A DNA stretch of 64,000 nt, from assembly GCA_965261595.1 (NCBI GenBank), contig CBDHDG010000004.1, forward strand, positions 160,001 through 224,000, given 5' to 3'. The notes beneath the pieces were generated by a model that saw nothing but the letters and a program-made list of their open reading frames with translations, searched no databases and had not been told where the DNA came from. Shown here piece after piece: positions 1-10,594 of this stretch; position 1 is the stretch's first letter; every line of letters starts with the position of its first letter. This DNA comes from a bacterium. GTDB lineage: Bacteria; UBA8248; JACPRG01; G963555815. A program made the position numbers and the translations under genes.

Positions 1-2
1 AA

Positions 3-1049
3 ATCTTCGATGAGCTTTTCGACGAGTACTGGGCTATCGAGGACGGGGATGTCCTGCCCGAGGGTGCGGATGGGTGCGGCCCGGAGGGGGAGCCGCCGCC
101 GATGGACCCGGAATCCTGCGGACCGGAAGGCGAGGATCCCGGCCAGGAAGGCGAGCAGGAAGGCGATGAGCAGGAGGGAGAGGGTCAGGGCGAGGGAGAG
201 GAAGAAGAGCAGTTCATGCTGGATGACGAGGATGGACAGGAGGGAGAGGAAGGCGACCCTTCGGGCGATGAAGACAACCTCCCCAGCTACAGCCCCTTTG
301 AGGTGCTCTCGGTCAAGGACTTTGGAAACATCAAAGGCGAGGAGGTGGAAGAAATCCGCAAGCTGATCGCCGAACTGGCCCCCAAGCTGGCCACGCGAAT
401 CAGCCGGCGAAAGACATCCACCCCACGGAAGAAATTCGTGGACATGCGGCGCACCATCCGCAAGAACCTGCGCTACGGCGGGGAAATCGTCAGGCTTTTC
501 CACCGAAAATTGAAGATCAAGAAGAACGACATCGTTCTCCTGTGCGATGTCAGCGGCTCGATGGACGCCTATAGCCAGTTCCTGGTCCAGTTCATCTACG
601 GCCTCCAGAGTGAGATCAAGAACATTCAGACCGCCGTGTTCAGCACGCGCCTGACGATCGCGACCCCCTATCTTCGGGATCGAGACCTTCACAAAGCGCT
701 CAAGCGCTTGGCCGAAAAGGTGCACGACTGGTCCGGCGGAACCAACATCGGCGGCTGTTTGAAGACTTTCAACGAGCGCTGGGGAAGCATGATGGTCTCG
801 AAGCGGACCATCGTCATCATCATCAGCGACGGATGGGACCGGGGCGAGATCGATGTCCTGGATCGGGAGATGAGGCGGCTCAAAAGCCGCGCGCGCCGCG
901 TGATCTGGCTCAACCCGCTTCTGGGAAGTCCCGGGTATAAACCCATCGACCGGGGGATGCGAACCGCCCTGCCCTACCTGGACCAGTTCCTGCCGGCCCA
1001 CAATCTGGGCGTACTGACCGATTTGGCGGAGGCCATCAGTCTCGACTGA
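3..1049 (+). CDS. VWA-domain CoxE-like protein (5' partial)
   Basis: Frame is open from position 3 (IFDELFDEYW...). Acidic linker, DMRRTIRKNLRYGGE, MIDAS LCDVSGSM, WSGGTNIG, IISDGWD and WLNPLLG motifs are typical of CoxE. Confidence 0.85.
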   Translation: MFDELFDEYWAIEDGDVLPEGADGCGPEGEPPPMDPESCGPEGEDPGQEGEQEGDEQEGEGQGEGEEEEQFMLDDEDGQEGEEGDPSGDEDNLPSYSPFEVLSVKDFGNIKGEEVEEIRKLIAELAPKLATRISRRKTSTPRKKFVDMRRTIRKNLRYGGEIVRLFHRKLKIKKNDIVLLCDVSGSMDAYSQFLVQFIYGLQSEIKNIQTAVFSTRLTIATPYLRDRDLHKALKRLAEKVHDWSGGTNIGGCLKTFNERWGSMMVSKRTIVIIISDGWDRGEIDVLDREMRRLKSRARRVIWLNPLLGSPGYKPIDRGMRTALPYLDQFLPAHNLGVLTDLAEAISLD

Positions 1050-1210
1050 TCCCCCGACGGAGCGGACGCCGGTCTCGAAGACACCCTCATTGCGGCGCCC
1101 GCCGGCGGTGCCGGTTGTTCCCTGACCCGGCGGCAATCCTTCACCCGAAGGGACCCCCCGCGGTGGTCGCAACGCTCCTCGATTCAGGACGGGTCGAGAC
1201 TTTGGCCGCG

Positions 1211-2410
1211 GTGACGTTGAACGCCCTTCTCTGTCTCGCCCTGCTCATCCAGCTTTACCTGTTCCTGCACGCCCGCCGGTTTATTCGGCGCCGGAGACAT
1301 CTCTCGCCCGGACAAAGACGCGCCGCGGTCATGGCCCTGGCCGTTTTCTTCGGCTTGATGTCGCTTCCTTACGTGATTCGTCTCCTGTCGGGCAGACCGT
1401 CGGCCATTTCCTCCCCGTGGTTTACGTATGGGGTGCTCTACCCGTTCGGTGTTTGGAGCGTCGGGGCGATGATCCTGTTTTTTTTCCTCGGCTGCGCTTC
1501 TTCGCTTCGATGGATAGCCTCCCGGGTTGCGGGCGGATTCAAGCTCCCCTCCCCTTCCCCGGCGCGGACCAGCCCCGCGATGAGCCGCAGGTCGTTTCTC
1601 CTAGGAGCCGCCGGCGCGACAGCGGCCGCCCCTCTGGTGTTGTCCGCCTATGGGACCGTGTTTGCCCGCACGGATTATGAAACGGTCGAAATGGATATGC
1701 CCATCCGGAACCTTCCGCCCGCGCTCGTCGGCCTCCGCCTCGTTCAGATATCCGACCTCCATGCGGGGCCTTTCACCACCGGGCGGCAGATCGCGGGAAT
1801 CGTCGGCCGGACGAATCTCCTGAGTCCTGACTTGGTGATGATCACCGGGGACGTTGTCCACGCCGCCCGGGATGAGATCGCGCCGTGCATGCGGGCCCTC
1901 TCGCTTCTTCGGGCAAGCTGCGGGGTTTTCGCGTGTCAGGGAAATCACGAGTACTGGGTCGGTCCCGAAGCGGTTCGGCGAGGCGCGGAGGGGGCGGGGA
2001 TCAGGATGCTGGTCAACGAGGGCCGGGTTCTCTCCATCGATGGCGCGAGGCTGAATATCGCCGCCGTGGACGACCTTGGCCTGGGAAAACCGGATCTGCG
2101 CCGTGCCTTGGCGAGGCTGGACCCGGCGGCCCCTACACTCCTTCTCTCCCACCGGCCTGATTTATTTCCCGCCGCCGCCCGGCGCGGCGTGGACCTCACG
2201 CTGGCCGGCCACTACCACGGAGGACAAGTCAAGATCAGGATCCTGGGCGTCCCGCTCTCGCCGTTTCGTCTCGTGACGAAATACCTCGAAGGGCCCTTTC
2301 GGCGGGGGCGCAGCCGGATGTACGTGAGCCGGGGGCTGGGCACGACCGGACCGCCCGTCCGCATCGGCTCGCGTCCGGAGCTGACGCTTTTTCGGCTTAT
2401 CCGCGGTTGA
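1211..2410 (+). CDS. membrane-anchored metallophosphoesterase (YkuE/YaeI-like); start uncertain (1115-1211)
   Basis: N-terminal TM helices, SRRSFL, then SDLH, TGD, GNHE, LSHRP, GHYHGGQ, VSRGLG motifs. Confidence 0.85.
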   Translation: MTLNALLCLALLIQLYLFLHARRFIRRRRHLSPGQRRAAVMALAVFFGLMSLPYVIRLLSGRPSAISSPWFTYGVLYPFGVWSVGAMILFFFLGCASSLRWIASRVAGGFKLPSPSPARTSPAMSRRSFLLGAAGATAAAPLVLSAYGTVFARTDYETVEMDMPIRNLPPALVGLRLVQISDLHAGPFTTGRQIAGIVGRTNLLSPDLVMITGDVVHAARDEIAPCMRALSLLRASCGVFACQGNHEYWVGPEAVRRGAEGAGIRMLVNEGRVLSIDGARLNIAAVDDLGLGKPDLRRALARLDPAAPTLLLSHRPDLFPAAARRGVDLTLAGHYHGGQVKIRILGVPLSPFRLVTKYLEGPFRRGRSRMYVSRGLGTTGPPVRIGSRPELTLFRLIRG

Positions 2411-2435
2411 GAGAAATCGACGGCTCGACGCCCCT

Positions 2436-3104
2436 TCAAACGGGCCACGTCTCCCGACGGAAAGACATCTCCCAGAAAAAATATTCATAGCGGCTGCTGA
2501 GGAGGAAGATCTCGACGCACCGGCGTCTGGAAGACGGCGACGCCTCTTCGCCCAGCCGATTCAGGAGGGAGCAGAGCCAGTCGGCGATGGCCCGGAATTC
2601 TTCCGACGCATACGTTTGGATCCACTCGACGTAGGGGTTGGCCTCCGAGACGTCCCCCTCGCGCGCAAGGCGGCTTCCGATCTCCGCGTAACCCCATTGG
2701 CAGGGCATCAGTCCGGCGGCGATCTCGACAAGGCCTCCCGCATGGGCGATTTCCAACAAGTGCCGCGTATAGGCCCTGGCCGCGGGCGCCAACTCGACGG
2801 CCTCCAGGTCTTCGTTCGTGATTCCGAAACGCGCGGCATACGACCGATGAAGCTCCATTTCCTGATTCAGCGTGGCGTCCAGCAGGCCCGCGAACCTCCC
2901 CATCGCCGTCAGGCCGCCGCCCTTGGAAACGGCCAGCGCCAGAACCCGCGCATATTCGATCAAGAACACATAGTCCTGCCCCATGTAGAACCGGAAGGCC
3001 TCCACGGGCAAGGACCCGTCGGCGATCCCCCGGACAAAGGGGTGCGTGTGGATCTCCCGCCAGATTTCCTCCCCGCTCTTTTTCAGCTCCTCCGAAAATT
3101 TCAC
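2436..3104 (-). CDS. tenA: thiaminase II / TenA
   Basis: HPFVRGIADGSL, FRFYMGQDYVFL, PCQWGY, YVEWIQTY, SRYEYFFW. GTG start at 3104 follows an RBS-like sequence. Confidence 0.9.
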   Translation of the reverse strand: MKFSEELKKSGEEIWREIHTHPFVRGIADGSLPVEAFRFYMGQDYVFLIEYARVLALAVSKGGGLTAMGRFAGLLDATLNQEMELHRSYAARFGITNEDLEAVELAPAARAYTRHLLEIAHAGGLVEIAAGLMPCQWGYAEIGSRLAREGDVSEANPYVEWIQTYASEEFRAIADWLCSLLNRLGEEASPSSRRRCVEIFLLSSRYEYFFWEMSFRRETWPV

Positions 3105-3201
3105 GCCCCCCCCTTCCTCCCCCCGTTCAAGGTCAGCTTGGATTCGTGGTGGCTTCACGCCGCTTGGTCATCCGCTTTTCCTGAATGGAACCCACTCTCC
3201 T

Positions 3202-3942
3202 TTAATAAAAGACCTCCACCAGAAACAATCCATGCGGCGGCGCCGTCGGTCCGGCCTGTTTCCGGTCCCTGGACTCCAGGATCTCCTTCACCCGCCGGGG
3301 CGTGATTTTCATCCTTCCGACGTCCGCCAGCGTCCCCGTGATGTTCCGCACCATGTAACGCAGGAAGCCGTCGGCCCGGACGCGAATCTCCACCGATTCG
3401 CCCGCCTGGGAGATGGTCAGTTGAGCGACGGTCCGAACGGCGTCTCGGGGGTCGTCGCCGTCTCCGCCCCAAAACGCGCTGAAGTCGTGCCTTCCCACGA
3501 GATGTCGGGCCCCTTCCCGCATGGCCGGAACATCAAGCGGAAATCGGACGTGCCAAGTGTAATGCCGGAGAAGGGCGGATGGGAATTCCCGGTTCAGGAT
3601 GACGTATTTGTACTGTTTCCCCACTGTCGAATGCTGGGCGTGAAAATCCGGCGGGACCTTCTTCGCCCGCTTCACGACGATGTCTCGGGGCAAATTGGAA
3701 TTCAGGGCGCGCTGGAGATCATCGGAATCCAAGCGGGTGTCCAGCTCGAAATTAACCACCTGTCCCAGCGCGTGGACGCGGGCGTCCGTACGACCGGAGG
3801 CATAGATCGTGGGTCGGGTCTCGGTCACTCGCTCAATCGCATCCAGGAGGACGCCCTGAACCGTCGATGCGTTCTCCTGGAGCTGCCAGCCGTGATAAGC
3901 GGTCCCGTCATATTCCAGCGTCAGGGCGAAATTGATTGGCAT
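3202..3942 (-). CDS. truA: tRNA pseudouridine(38-40) synthase
   Basis: LEYDGTAYHGWQ, SGRTDARVHA, GFLRYMVR, GPTAPPHGL. Confidence 0.95.
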   Translation of the reverse strand: MPINFALTLEYDGTAYHGWQLQENASTVQGVLLDAIERVTETRPTIYASGRTDARVHALGQVVNFELDTRLDSDDLQRALNSNLPRDIVVKRAKKVPPDFHAQHSTVGKQYKYVILNREFPSALLRHYTWHVRFPLDVPAMREGARHLVGRHDFSAFWGGDGDDPRDAVRTVAQLTISQAGESVEIRVRADGFLRYMVRNITGTLADVGRMKITPRRVKEILESRDRKQAGPTAPPHGLFLVEVFY

Positions 3943-4475
3943 GACACCAGCTCATTGCGTGATTGCACATCGGAAATTCCCGGCGGATGGCAGTATCCCA
4001 GCGCCCCGGGAAATTGTAAAGCGCCGGGGTTCATGAAAGACCTTCTCGGCGGCCGCCCGGTGTTCCAAACCCGAGTGATGCGGGCGGACTCTTCCTCCCT
4101 CCCCCCGACCTTTTCGGCGAGTTCGCGAATTGCGGCGGCCAAGAATTATCCGACGGACAGAATGCTGAGGCATCCCCCATTTCTCCGCGTGAATAAACGA
4201 AGCTCGAAGGATCTTTTGTGACACCGGCCTTGAGGAATGATTTTCTTCACCCGCACAGCCGATGAAAATTGAGGATCACCGGCAAAGAAAGGCTTTGACG
4301 CCGCGTCAAGATTTGATTAGTATTTTTTTTTTGGAATCGTGGCAGATCTCGACAGCCCGGAATGCGTGGGATGGAGGCGGTCCGCCGCGGGGGAGAGCCG
4401 TGCTTCGGAAGGTTCGCCGGAGGCGGTGCGTCAGTAACACGGGGAAGATGGAACAGGGGGAGGTTGAAGGTCGGT

Positions 4476-4682
4476 ATGGGAACGGGGACTGTCAAATGGT
4501 TCAATGAGGCCAAGGGGTTCGGGTTTATCAGTCAAGAAGATGGACCCGATGTGTTTGTCCACTATTCCTCCATCTCGGGGGATGGCTTCAAGACGTTGAA
4601 TGAAGGGGACGCGGTCAATTTCGAGATCGAAGAAGGTCCGAAGGGGTTGAAAGCGATCAACGTTTCCCGCGCAGAGGACTGA
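4476..4682 (+). CDS. cold-shock protein
   Basis: [15 protein letters not shown] (RNP1) and DVFVHYS (RNP2); 68 aa from ATG 4476. Confidence 0.95.
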   Translation: MGTGTVKWFNEAKGFGFISQEDGPDVFVHYSSISGDGFKTLNEGDAVNFEIEEGPKGLKAINVSRAED

Positions 4683-4770
4683 AAGGACATTAAGGAACAG
4701 GCCGCCTCTTTTGTCTTGGGCCCTGGCCTCCCGACGCCGCCCCGGGGAGGAGAGGAGGGGCAACGCTGGT

Positions 4771-6039
4771 TCAATCCAACACCATCCCGGGTGTTATGGT
4801 GAACCGTAGCGCCCGGTGAGCCTTGCGGAGGGATTCCTCCGTCCGCTCGGGGGAAGATCCCCGCGCGAAGATGAAACCGAGATAACTGGACCCTTCGGGC
4901 GGCGGGACGAGGATTTCTCTTGTTTTCGCGGTCAGGGTCACCTCCTCCACGCCGTCGATCCCGCGCGCTTCTTCCAATCCCTCTGCACGATGCAAGATCC
5001 CCCCTTCCGGGATGGGGATCATCATGACGCCCGACGCCCCGTCTTCAAGCGCGTCCGATTCGATCTTGAGCCCGAGTGAATGACGGAGGATGACCTCCTC
5101 CAGCGCGAGACCGCCGGCGAATCTCAAGGCCCGCGAGCAAAGCCCCCCAATGGACCGGGAAGCGACCTCAAGGATCCAAACCCCTTCCGCGTTGACGCGC
5201 ATTTCCGCGTGGACGGGGCCGTGAAGCAGCCCGACGCCGCGGGCCGCTGCTTCCGCCGTTCGAACAATCTCATCCTGAACGGTTTTATCCAACCGCGAGG
5301 GCGTCACATAGAGGGTCTCCTCGAAGAATGGTCCGTCCAGCGGGTCGGGCTTGTCGAACAAGGCCAGCGGCCGCAACCGGCCGCGCTCCATCAGACCCTC
5401 CAGGGCCGCCTCGCGGCCTTCGATGAATCCTTCCACGAGGATCCATTCGTTGGCTTCGTCCCGCATGGCCCGAATCTCGGGCTTGGTCAACAGGGCCGCC
5501 ACCCGGCGGAACGCGGCCTCGAACTCTTCCGGGTCGTTCGCCCGAATCACGCCCCGGCTCGCGCCCAGCGCCAGGGGTTTCAGGACACACGGGTATGGCG
5601 CGCCCCCTCCCGCCTTTTGGGGGTCGGCCGTGATGGGGTGGGAGGAGAACGCCGGCCCCCGGAGACCCGCCGCTTGAAAGGCCCGCCGGGAGCGCAGCTT
5701 GTTTCGGCTTGAGGCTACAGCCCCGGGCGGGTTGTGAACCAGTCCCAGCGCCTGGGCGGCGAGCGCGGCGACCCACGTTGGACGATCCCCGATGGGAACG
5801 ATGGCGTCCAGCGGCGTTTGCTCGGCCGCTTCGATGATTGAGCGGACAGCGGCCTCCGGGTCCTCGAACCGCAGGGGAATCGCGCCGTCCGCCCAGGGAT
5901 CTTCCAGGACGTGGCACCGATCCGTTCCGATCAGGGTTTCAATCTCAAGGCGGCGGGCCGCTTTCAGGAAGTCTTCCGCCTGATAGCCCGTGGTCGTGTA
6001 GAGGAGGAGAACGCGGGGGGGCCGCGTGGATGGGCTCAT
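4771..6039 (-). CDS. ATP-grasp domain protein
   Basis: PCVLKPLALGASRGV, LVEGFIEG, HAEMR, LEVASRSIGG. Confidence 0.85.
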   Translation of the reverse strand: MSPSTRPPRVLLLYTTTGYQAEDFLKAARRLEIETLIGTDRCHVLEDPWADGAIPLRFEDPEAAVRSIIEAAEQTPLDAIVPIGDRPTWVAALAAQALGLVHNPPGAVASSRNKLRSRRAFQAAGLRGPAFSSHPITADPQKAGGGAPYPCVLKPLALGASRGVIRANDPEEFEAAFRRVAALLTKPEIRAMRDEANEWILVEGFIEGREAALEGLMERGRLRPLALFDKPDPLDGPFFEETLYVTPSRLDKTVQDEIVRTAEAAARGVGLLHGPVHAEMRVNAEGVWILEVASRSIGGLCSRALRFAGGLALEEVILRHSLGLKIESDALEDGASGVMMIPIPEGGILHRAEGLEEARGIDGVEEVTLTAKTREILVPPPEGSSYLGFIFARGSSPERTEESLRKAHRALRFTITPGMVLD

Positions 6040-6054
6040 GGATCCTTGCGATGT

Positions 6055-7452
6055 TCAGATGGGAGCCAACTGCTCCTCGAGGGGCTCCGCTCAGCAGTAC
6101 CACGGTTCGGTCAGGAACGGGATGGCCGCTGGGGAGGGCAGGACCGGGAGCGCGGGGACATCTTCATCCGCCATCCCCTCGGCCACATGGACGGCGCGCC
6201 AGACCCGCGCGAAGATTTGCCGGCGGGTTTCCCCCCGGGCTTCGCCGCGTTTCACCAGGTCCAGGACCACGCGCTGGAGCTCGTCGACCCTGGGGTCTTC
6301 ATTCCGCCAGGTGTAGCTCAACGCCTCCTCCTCGAAGCCGTCCACGATTTGCGCCACTTCCGGCAACTCCAACAACCGGGAGCCCGCGGGAATCAGAAGC
6401 CGAATGGCCAGTTGAACCGGCGAGACCCGGTCCACGAGTTCGAGGTCGATGAGAGAAGACAAAAGCGCCCGATACCCTTCTAAAGACGTCCAGGGTGTAA
6501 ACGTCACAAACGTCGGATTGAGATGGAGACCGATTTCCCGGAACAAGCGGACGACCCGAATGAAATCCTCGCGGGTGTGTCCCTTATCGAAAATCCTCAG
6601 CACCCGGTCGTCAATGGACTCCACGGCGCTGGTGACGAACAGGCAGCCCGTCTCGCGGAGCGTGGCCAGGTGCGCGGCGTGTTTCAGCAGGTGCTCCACT
6701 TTGATGGTCACGTCATAGGTCAGGTCCGGATGCTCGGCGTGGAAGGCTTTGACCAGGCGGATGGCATGGCCCACTCCGTTGAAGAAGTCCGGGTCGCCGA
6801 ACGTGATGTGGCGGGCCCCCGCGGCCGTCTGCCGTCGGATGTCCTCCAGGACCACATCGGGTTGAACAACGCGAAACGCGCCCCGATAGACCGGCACGAT
6901 CGGGCAATGGCGGCACAGGTGTTTGCAACCCCGGCTCGCCTCGGTGTACCCGACGGTCCGGACGGGCCCGTTTCCAGGATTCAGTCCGGCGTAACGGGTC
7001 AAGTCCGGAAGCCCCCGCCGGTCCGGCACGACGAATCGCAGTTTCTCCAACGACACGCAGGACTCTTGTCGCGGTGTTTTGTCCCCATTTTCCAGGCCGC
7101 GAACCAAATCGACGAGCCCCTTCTCGAACTCGCCTCCCAGGATGGAGTGAACGCCCAGCCCCCTGAGATACGCCTCGTTGACCGGCGCGTAGAGTCCGTA
7201 AAAGCAGAGGCGGGCGGCCGGGTTGAGGGCTTTCACCCGACCGAGGACGCCCACGGAAATGCGGGTGGCGGTGTGCATCGGAACGTGGAACGCGACCAGG
7301 TCGGCGGCGCGAACGCGCGCCTCGTCCAGTTTATCAACGGCCAAATCCAGGCAGGAGACCTCCGCCCCCGCGCGGCGAAGCCACGCGGCGGGCGAAGCCA
7401 GGCCAAAGGGCTGCCGGCCCAGATCGTATGTTGAAAGGAGGACGACTCTCAT
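6055..7452 (-). CDS. CUAEP-tail B12-binding radical SAM selenoprotein (TGA at 6091-6093 read as Sec)
   Basis: N-terminal B12-binding-like domain and CKHLCRHC motif. After the TGA the frame continues to give ...TEPWYC-U-AEPLEEQLAPI-stop(6055). Confidence 0.85.
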
Positions 7453-7514
7453 GGCGGATCTTCCGGACGGGCCTTTGGAAAGCGGAGGCGCGATTCGCAC
7501 GTTCCCGGGAAAGC

Positions 7515-7796
7515 TCAACCCTTGGTTTGGGGCGGAACAAAGCCTTCCGGCATGGCGCCCCCGTCTCCGAAAAAGAAATCCTCAACGGATTTTGTGAAGA
7601 TCTCATCAGTTGAATCATCCATCAGATTGAGGCGATATTCATTGACGACCATCTTGAAGTACTCGAGAAACATGTTCCAGCCTTCCTCGGAAACGTTCTT
7701 GTAAACCTTTTGGCCGAGCTCTCCCGGGATAGGCGCCTCGGATAGACCCGGCGCCTCCCGTCCCAATTTGACACACTGGACCTGTTGTTCCGCCAT
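7515..7796 (-). CDS. oxidative damage protection / Fe(II) trafficking protein (YggX family)
   Basis: VQCVKLGREAPGL..P.PGELGQKVY.NVS.EGW..F...MVVNEYRL pattern. Confidence 0.85.
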   Translation of the reverse strand: MAEQQVQCVKLGREAPGLSEAPIPGELGQKVYKNVSEEGWNMFLEYFKMVVNEYRLNLMDDSTDEIFTKSVEDFFFGDGGAMPEGFVPPQTKG

Positions 7797-8208
7797 CTTG
7801 ATTCCCCCGGTTCGGCGTTCGGCCGCGTTTGGCTGACTCTATTCAATATATGGACTTCGTGAACCCGCCTTGTCCAGCGGGTCCAGCCGATCCCGCGGCT
7901 TTTTTCAAAGTCGAAGCCGCGCGTGAGAGATTGCCATTCGGGTGTTTTGACCCCCACACGTGAAAAATTATACCATTGGATCCCGATCCGCCGGAACGCG
8001 GTCATCCAACGCGGCCCCTGAGACCCCGGAACCGGACCCTCCGATTGGGTGCGCGCCCTCGTACATGATATTCTCTAGAGAGCGAGAATCGAAAGGTTGG
8101 GGACCCGAAGTCGCTCGGAGGCAGAGACACAGATTCGTACGATGACGTTCTCCCTCATCCGACGCAGGCGTGGATGACCCTGGAACACCCTTCCGGAGAA
8201 AAGATACC

Positions 8209-9225
8209 ATGGCGAAGGATTCGGCGTCACCTGAATCATCCGATTCTTCTGTGATCGGCCGGACGATCCATGTCCGGGGAAGTATTGAGGGGCACGAAGA
8301 CCTGACCTTCTTGGGCTCACTCGAAGGCGAGTTGAACCTCTACGGGCATCATCTGACGATCAGCGAAGGCGCCCGGGTCAACGCCGACGTCCGGGCGCGC
8401 GTGGTCAGCGTTTCGGGCGCCGCAACCGGAAAGATTGAACCGGGCGAGCTCCTTGAGATCCGGGCGCCGGGAAAGGTCTCCGGCGAGGTCTTGACCCCGC
8501 GACTTTCCTGCGAGGCGGGCGCATCGTTGACCGGCCGGTTTTCCGTGGGGCGGACCGGGGAGGGCGGCGCCGCCATCCCCGACTTCGAAAAGCTGCGCCT
8601 GTGGTTGGATCAGGAGCTGAAAGGCCTGACCGACGCCCAGTTGGATTATTCAGCGGAATCCCCGAATTGGGCCCGGTGGAGCATTCGGCGGCAGGTGAGT
8701 CATATGGCCAACAGCGTCATTCTTTGGCTGGTCGGAAGATGGGCGGACATCCTCTGGAAAGACCGCGGCCCCGATCCCGAGTTTCTGGAGATCAGCAAAG
8801 TGGAGCACGGCCACGACCGGATGCTGGACCCGGAAAAATATCGGGACATCAAATCCCTGGCTCAGATCCTTCAACGCGCTTACGACATGATCCGGCAGGT
8901 TGCGGGCCGGGAGAGCATGGAATCCCTGCGCGCGAAGACGCTTGTCCTGAAGCTTCCGGCCGACGCGAAGCTGGGGACTTCGAATGAGGGCGTCCACGAG
9001 ATCTGGGAGCGGTACGGCGCCGCCCACAAAGGCGACATCGTCCGGGACCCCTCGAACGCATACACCTGGAGCTTTACGCTGGAGGCCATGTTGCGCCATC
9101 TGTATTTCGAACACCTGGCGCACATTCGAACGGTGCAGCGCCTCAAGGAGAAGCAGGCCCTGAAGGCGGTCGTCGAATTGCCCCGGGAAGGTTATCTGAA
9201 GTTTGAGGATCACTGGGCGAGCTGA
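8209..9225 (+). CDS. bactofilin (polymer-forming cytoskeletal) domain fused to DinB-like domain
   Basis: N-terminal SVIGRTIHVRGSI...G.LEGE...GARVNADV...V.VSG...GKI...G.VSGE beta-helix pattern. C-terminal WSIRRQVSHMA and RHLYFEHLAH resemble the DinB His motifs. Confidence 0.7.
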   Translation: MAKDSASPESSDSSVIGRTIHVRGSIEGHEDLTFLGSLEGELNLYGHHLTISEGARVNADVRARVVSVSGAATGKIEPGELLEIRAPGKVSGEVLTPRLSCEAGASLTGRFSVGRTGEGGAAIPDFEKLRLWLDQELKGLTDAQLDYSAESPNWARWSIRRQVSHMANSVILWLVGRWADILWKDRGPDPEFLEISKVEHGHDRMLDPEKYRDIKSLAQILQRAYDMIRQVAGRESMESLRAKTLVLKLPADAKLGTSNEGVHEIWERYGAAHKGDIVRDPSNAYTWSFTLEAMLRHLYFEHLAHIRTVQRLKEKQALKAVVELPREGYLKFEDHWAS

Positions 9226-9294
9226 AACCGCGCGGGATCAAAGCCGCCGGCCCCGCCGGCCGCCAATTCGCCCCTGAGAGGAGAGTTCAATCGC

Positions 9295-9684
9295 ATGGCG
9301 AAATTCCATTGTGACCACATCCATTTCCGGGCAACCGATATTCCGCCGGTTATCGAGTTTTTCAAGAAGATGTTCGACGCCGAGGTTTTTTCAGAAGGCG
9401 AGATGCACGGCTATCCCTTCATCCGCATGAAGCTGGGCGATGTCGATCTCACAGTCTCCGGCCCCCCCCAAGGGGTCACGGACCTTCATCCGACGGCGGG
9501 AAAGCTCATGAGCGGGCTCGATCACATCGCCCTTGGCGTGGATGACCTGGATGCGGTCGCGGTGGACTTGAAAGCCAAAGGCGCCAAATTCATCACGGAG
9601 CCCACACAGTCCAATCCAAATCTGAAAATCTCGTTTATCGAAGGACCCGTCGGAATCCGCGTCGAAATCCTCCAACGGATGTAA
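9295..9684 (+). CDS. VOC/glyoxalase family protein
   Basis: DHIHFR, GLDHIALGVDDL, FIEGPVGIRVEILQ. Confidence 0.85.
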   Translation: MAKFHCDHIHFRATDIPPVIEFFKKMFDAEVFSEGEMHGYPFIRMKLGDVDLTVSGPPQGVTDLHPTAGKLMSGLDHIALGVDDLDAVAVDLKAKGAKFITEPTQSNPNLKISFIEGPVGIRVEILQRM

Positions 9685-9726
9685 TCGATCTCCGCCGGGG
9701 CGGGGGCGAGGGGGGGGGGAGCCGGT

Positions 9727-10587
9727 TTGGAACAGATCAGTCCGCACGTTTTCATCTCTTCCGATCACGGCGCGTGCACTGTCGGGGCTGTCCGGACATC
9801 CGAGGGGGTGGTCCTCGTCGATGCACCCAACCGGGCCACGGGGGCGGTGCGCTGGCGCGAGGAGGTCAAGTCTCTCGGCGAGGCCCGCTATCTCATCAAC
9901 ACCGAACACCACGTCGACCACGTCTTCGGAAACCATTTCCTTCCCGGCGTCATCATCGCGAACCACTACACGAAAGAAAACTTCTATCAAGAGGGCTTTC
10001 ACGGGAAAGGCAACGCCGCCGGGCCGAGCCGTCTCCTGGACCCTGTTGGATACACGAAAGATGAGGATCCCGAAGGGATCGGCCTGGTCGCGGACTACCG
10101 GCCCCGGGAGCCGGAAATTGTTTTTCGGGGCGGCCTGACGATTGGGCTTGGCGACTTCGAGATCGAAGTGTTCGAAGCGGCGGGACATATGCCGGCGAAC
10201 ACCGTCGTCTACGTCCGCGAGGATCGCGTCCTGTTCACCGGAGACAACATTTTCAACCGGGTGATGACGTGGTTCCACGAGTGTCTTCCGCGCGAGTGGC
10301 TGAAAACACTGGACCGGCTCAAACAATTTGAAATCGCGGTCGTCGTGCCGGGTCACGGGAAGCCCGGGGGAATGGAAATCATCGATGAGATGCGCCAAGT
10401 GGTCGAGGATGCCATCGGCCGCGTCCAGTCCGCCATCGATTCCGGAATGAGCCGCGAGGAAGCGGCAGGGCGGGTCACGTTCGAAGACCTCCAACCCGTT
10501 CTCGACCGGCTCCGACACCGGCTGCCCGGCCTCCAACGGGTCTTCGTGGGGCGGGTGTACGATCAACTTCAGGGGGAACAGCCGTGA
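9727..10587 (+). CDS. MBL-fold metallo-hydrolase (cyclase-like)
   Basis: TEHHVDHVFGN, GHMP, LFTGD, VPGHG. Confidence 0.85.
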   Translation: MEQISPHVFISSDHGACTVGAVRTSEGVVLVDAPNRATGAVRWREEVKSLGEARYLINTEHHVDHVFGNHFLPGVIIANHYTKENFYQEGFHGKGNAAGPSRLLDPVGYTKDEDPEGIGLVADYRPREPEIVFRGGLTIGLGDFEIEVFEAAGHMPANTVVYVREDRVLFTGDNIFNRVMTWFHECLPREWLKTLDRLKQFEIAVVVPGHGKPGGMEIIDEMRQVVEDAIGRVQSAIDSGMSREEAAGRVTFEDLQPVLDRLRHRLPGLQRVFVGRVYDQLQGEQP

Positions 10588-10594
10588 GGAGATT

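Noticed and set aside
102..280. GAG/GGC-rich low-complexity stretch
   Set aside because: Encodes the acidic linker of the CoxE-like protein.
1580..1610. Internal twin-arginine-like motif after TM helices in the phosphoesterase
   Set aside because: Common in this family; not novel.
3046..4221. Long antisense or alternative-frame ORFs (also 9391-10785, 19498-21303, 37814-39391, 42646-44133, 49235-50605)
   Set aside because: Shadows of recognisable genes in GC-rich DNA; no motifs.
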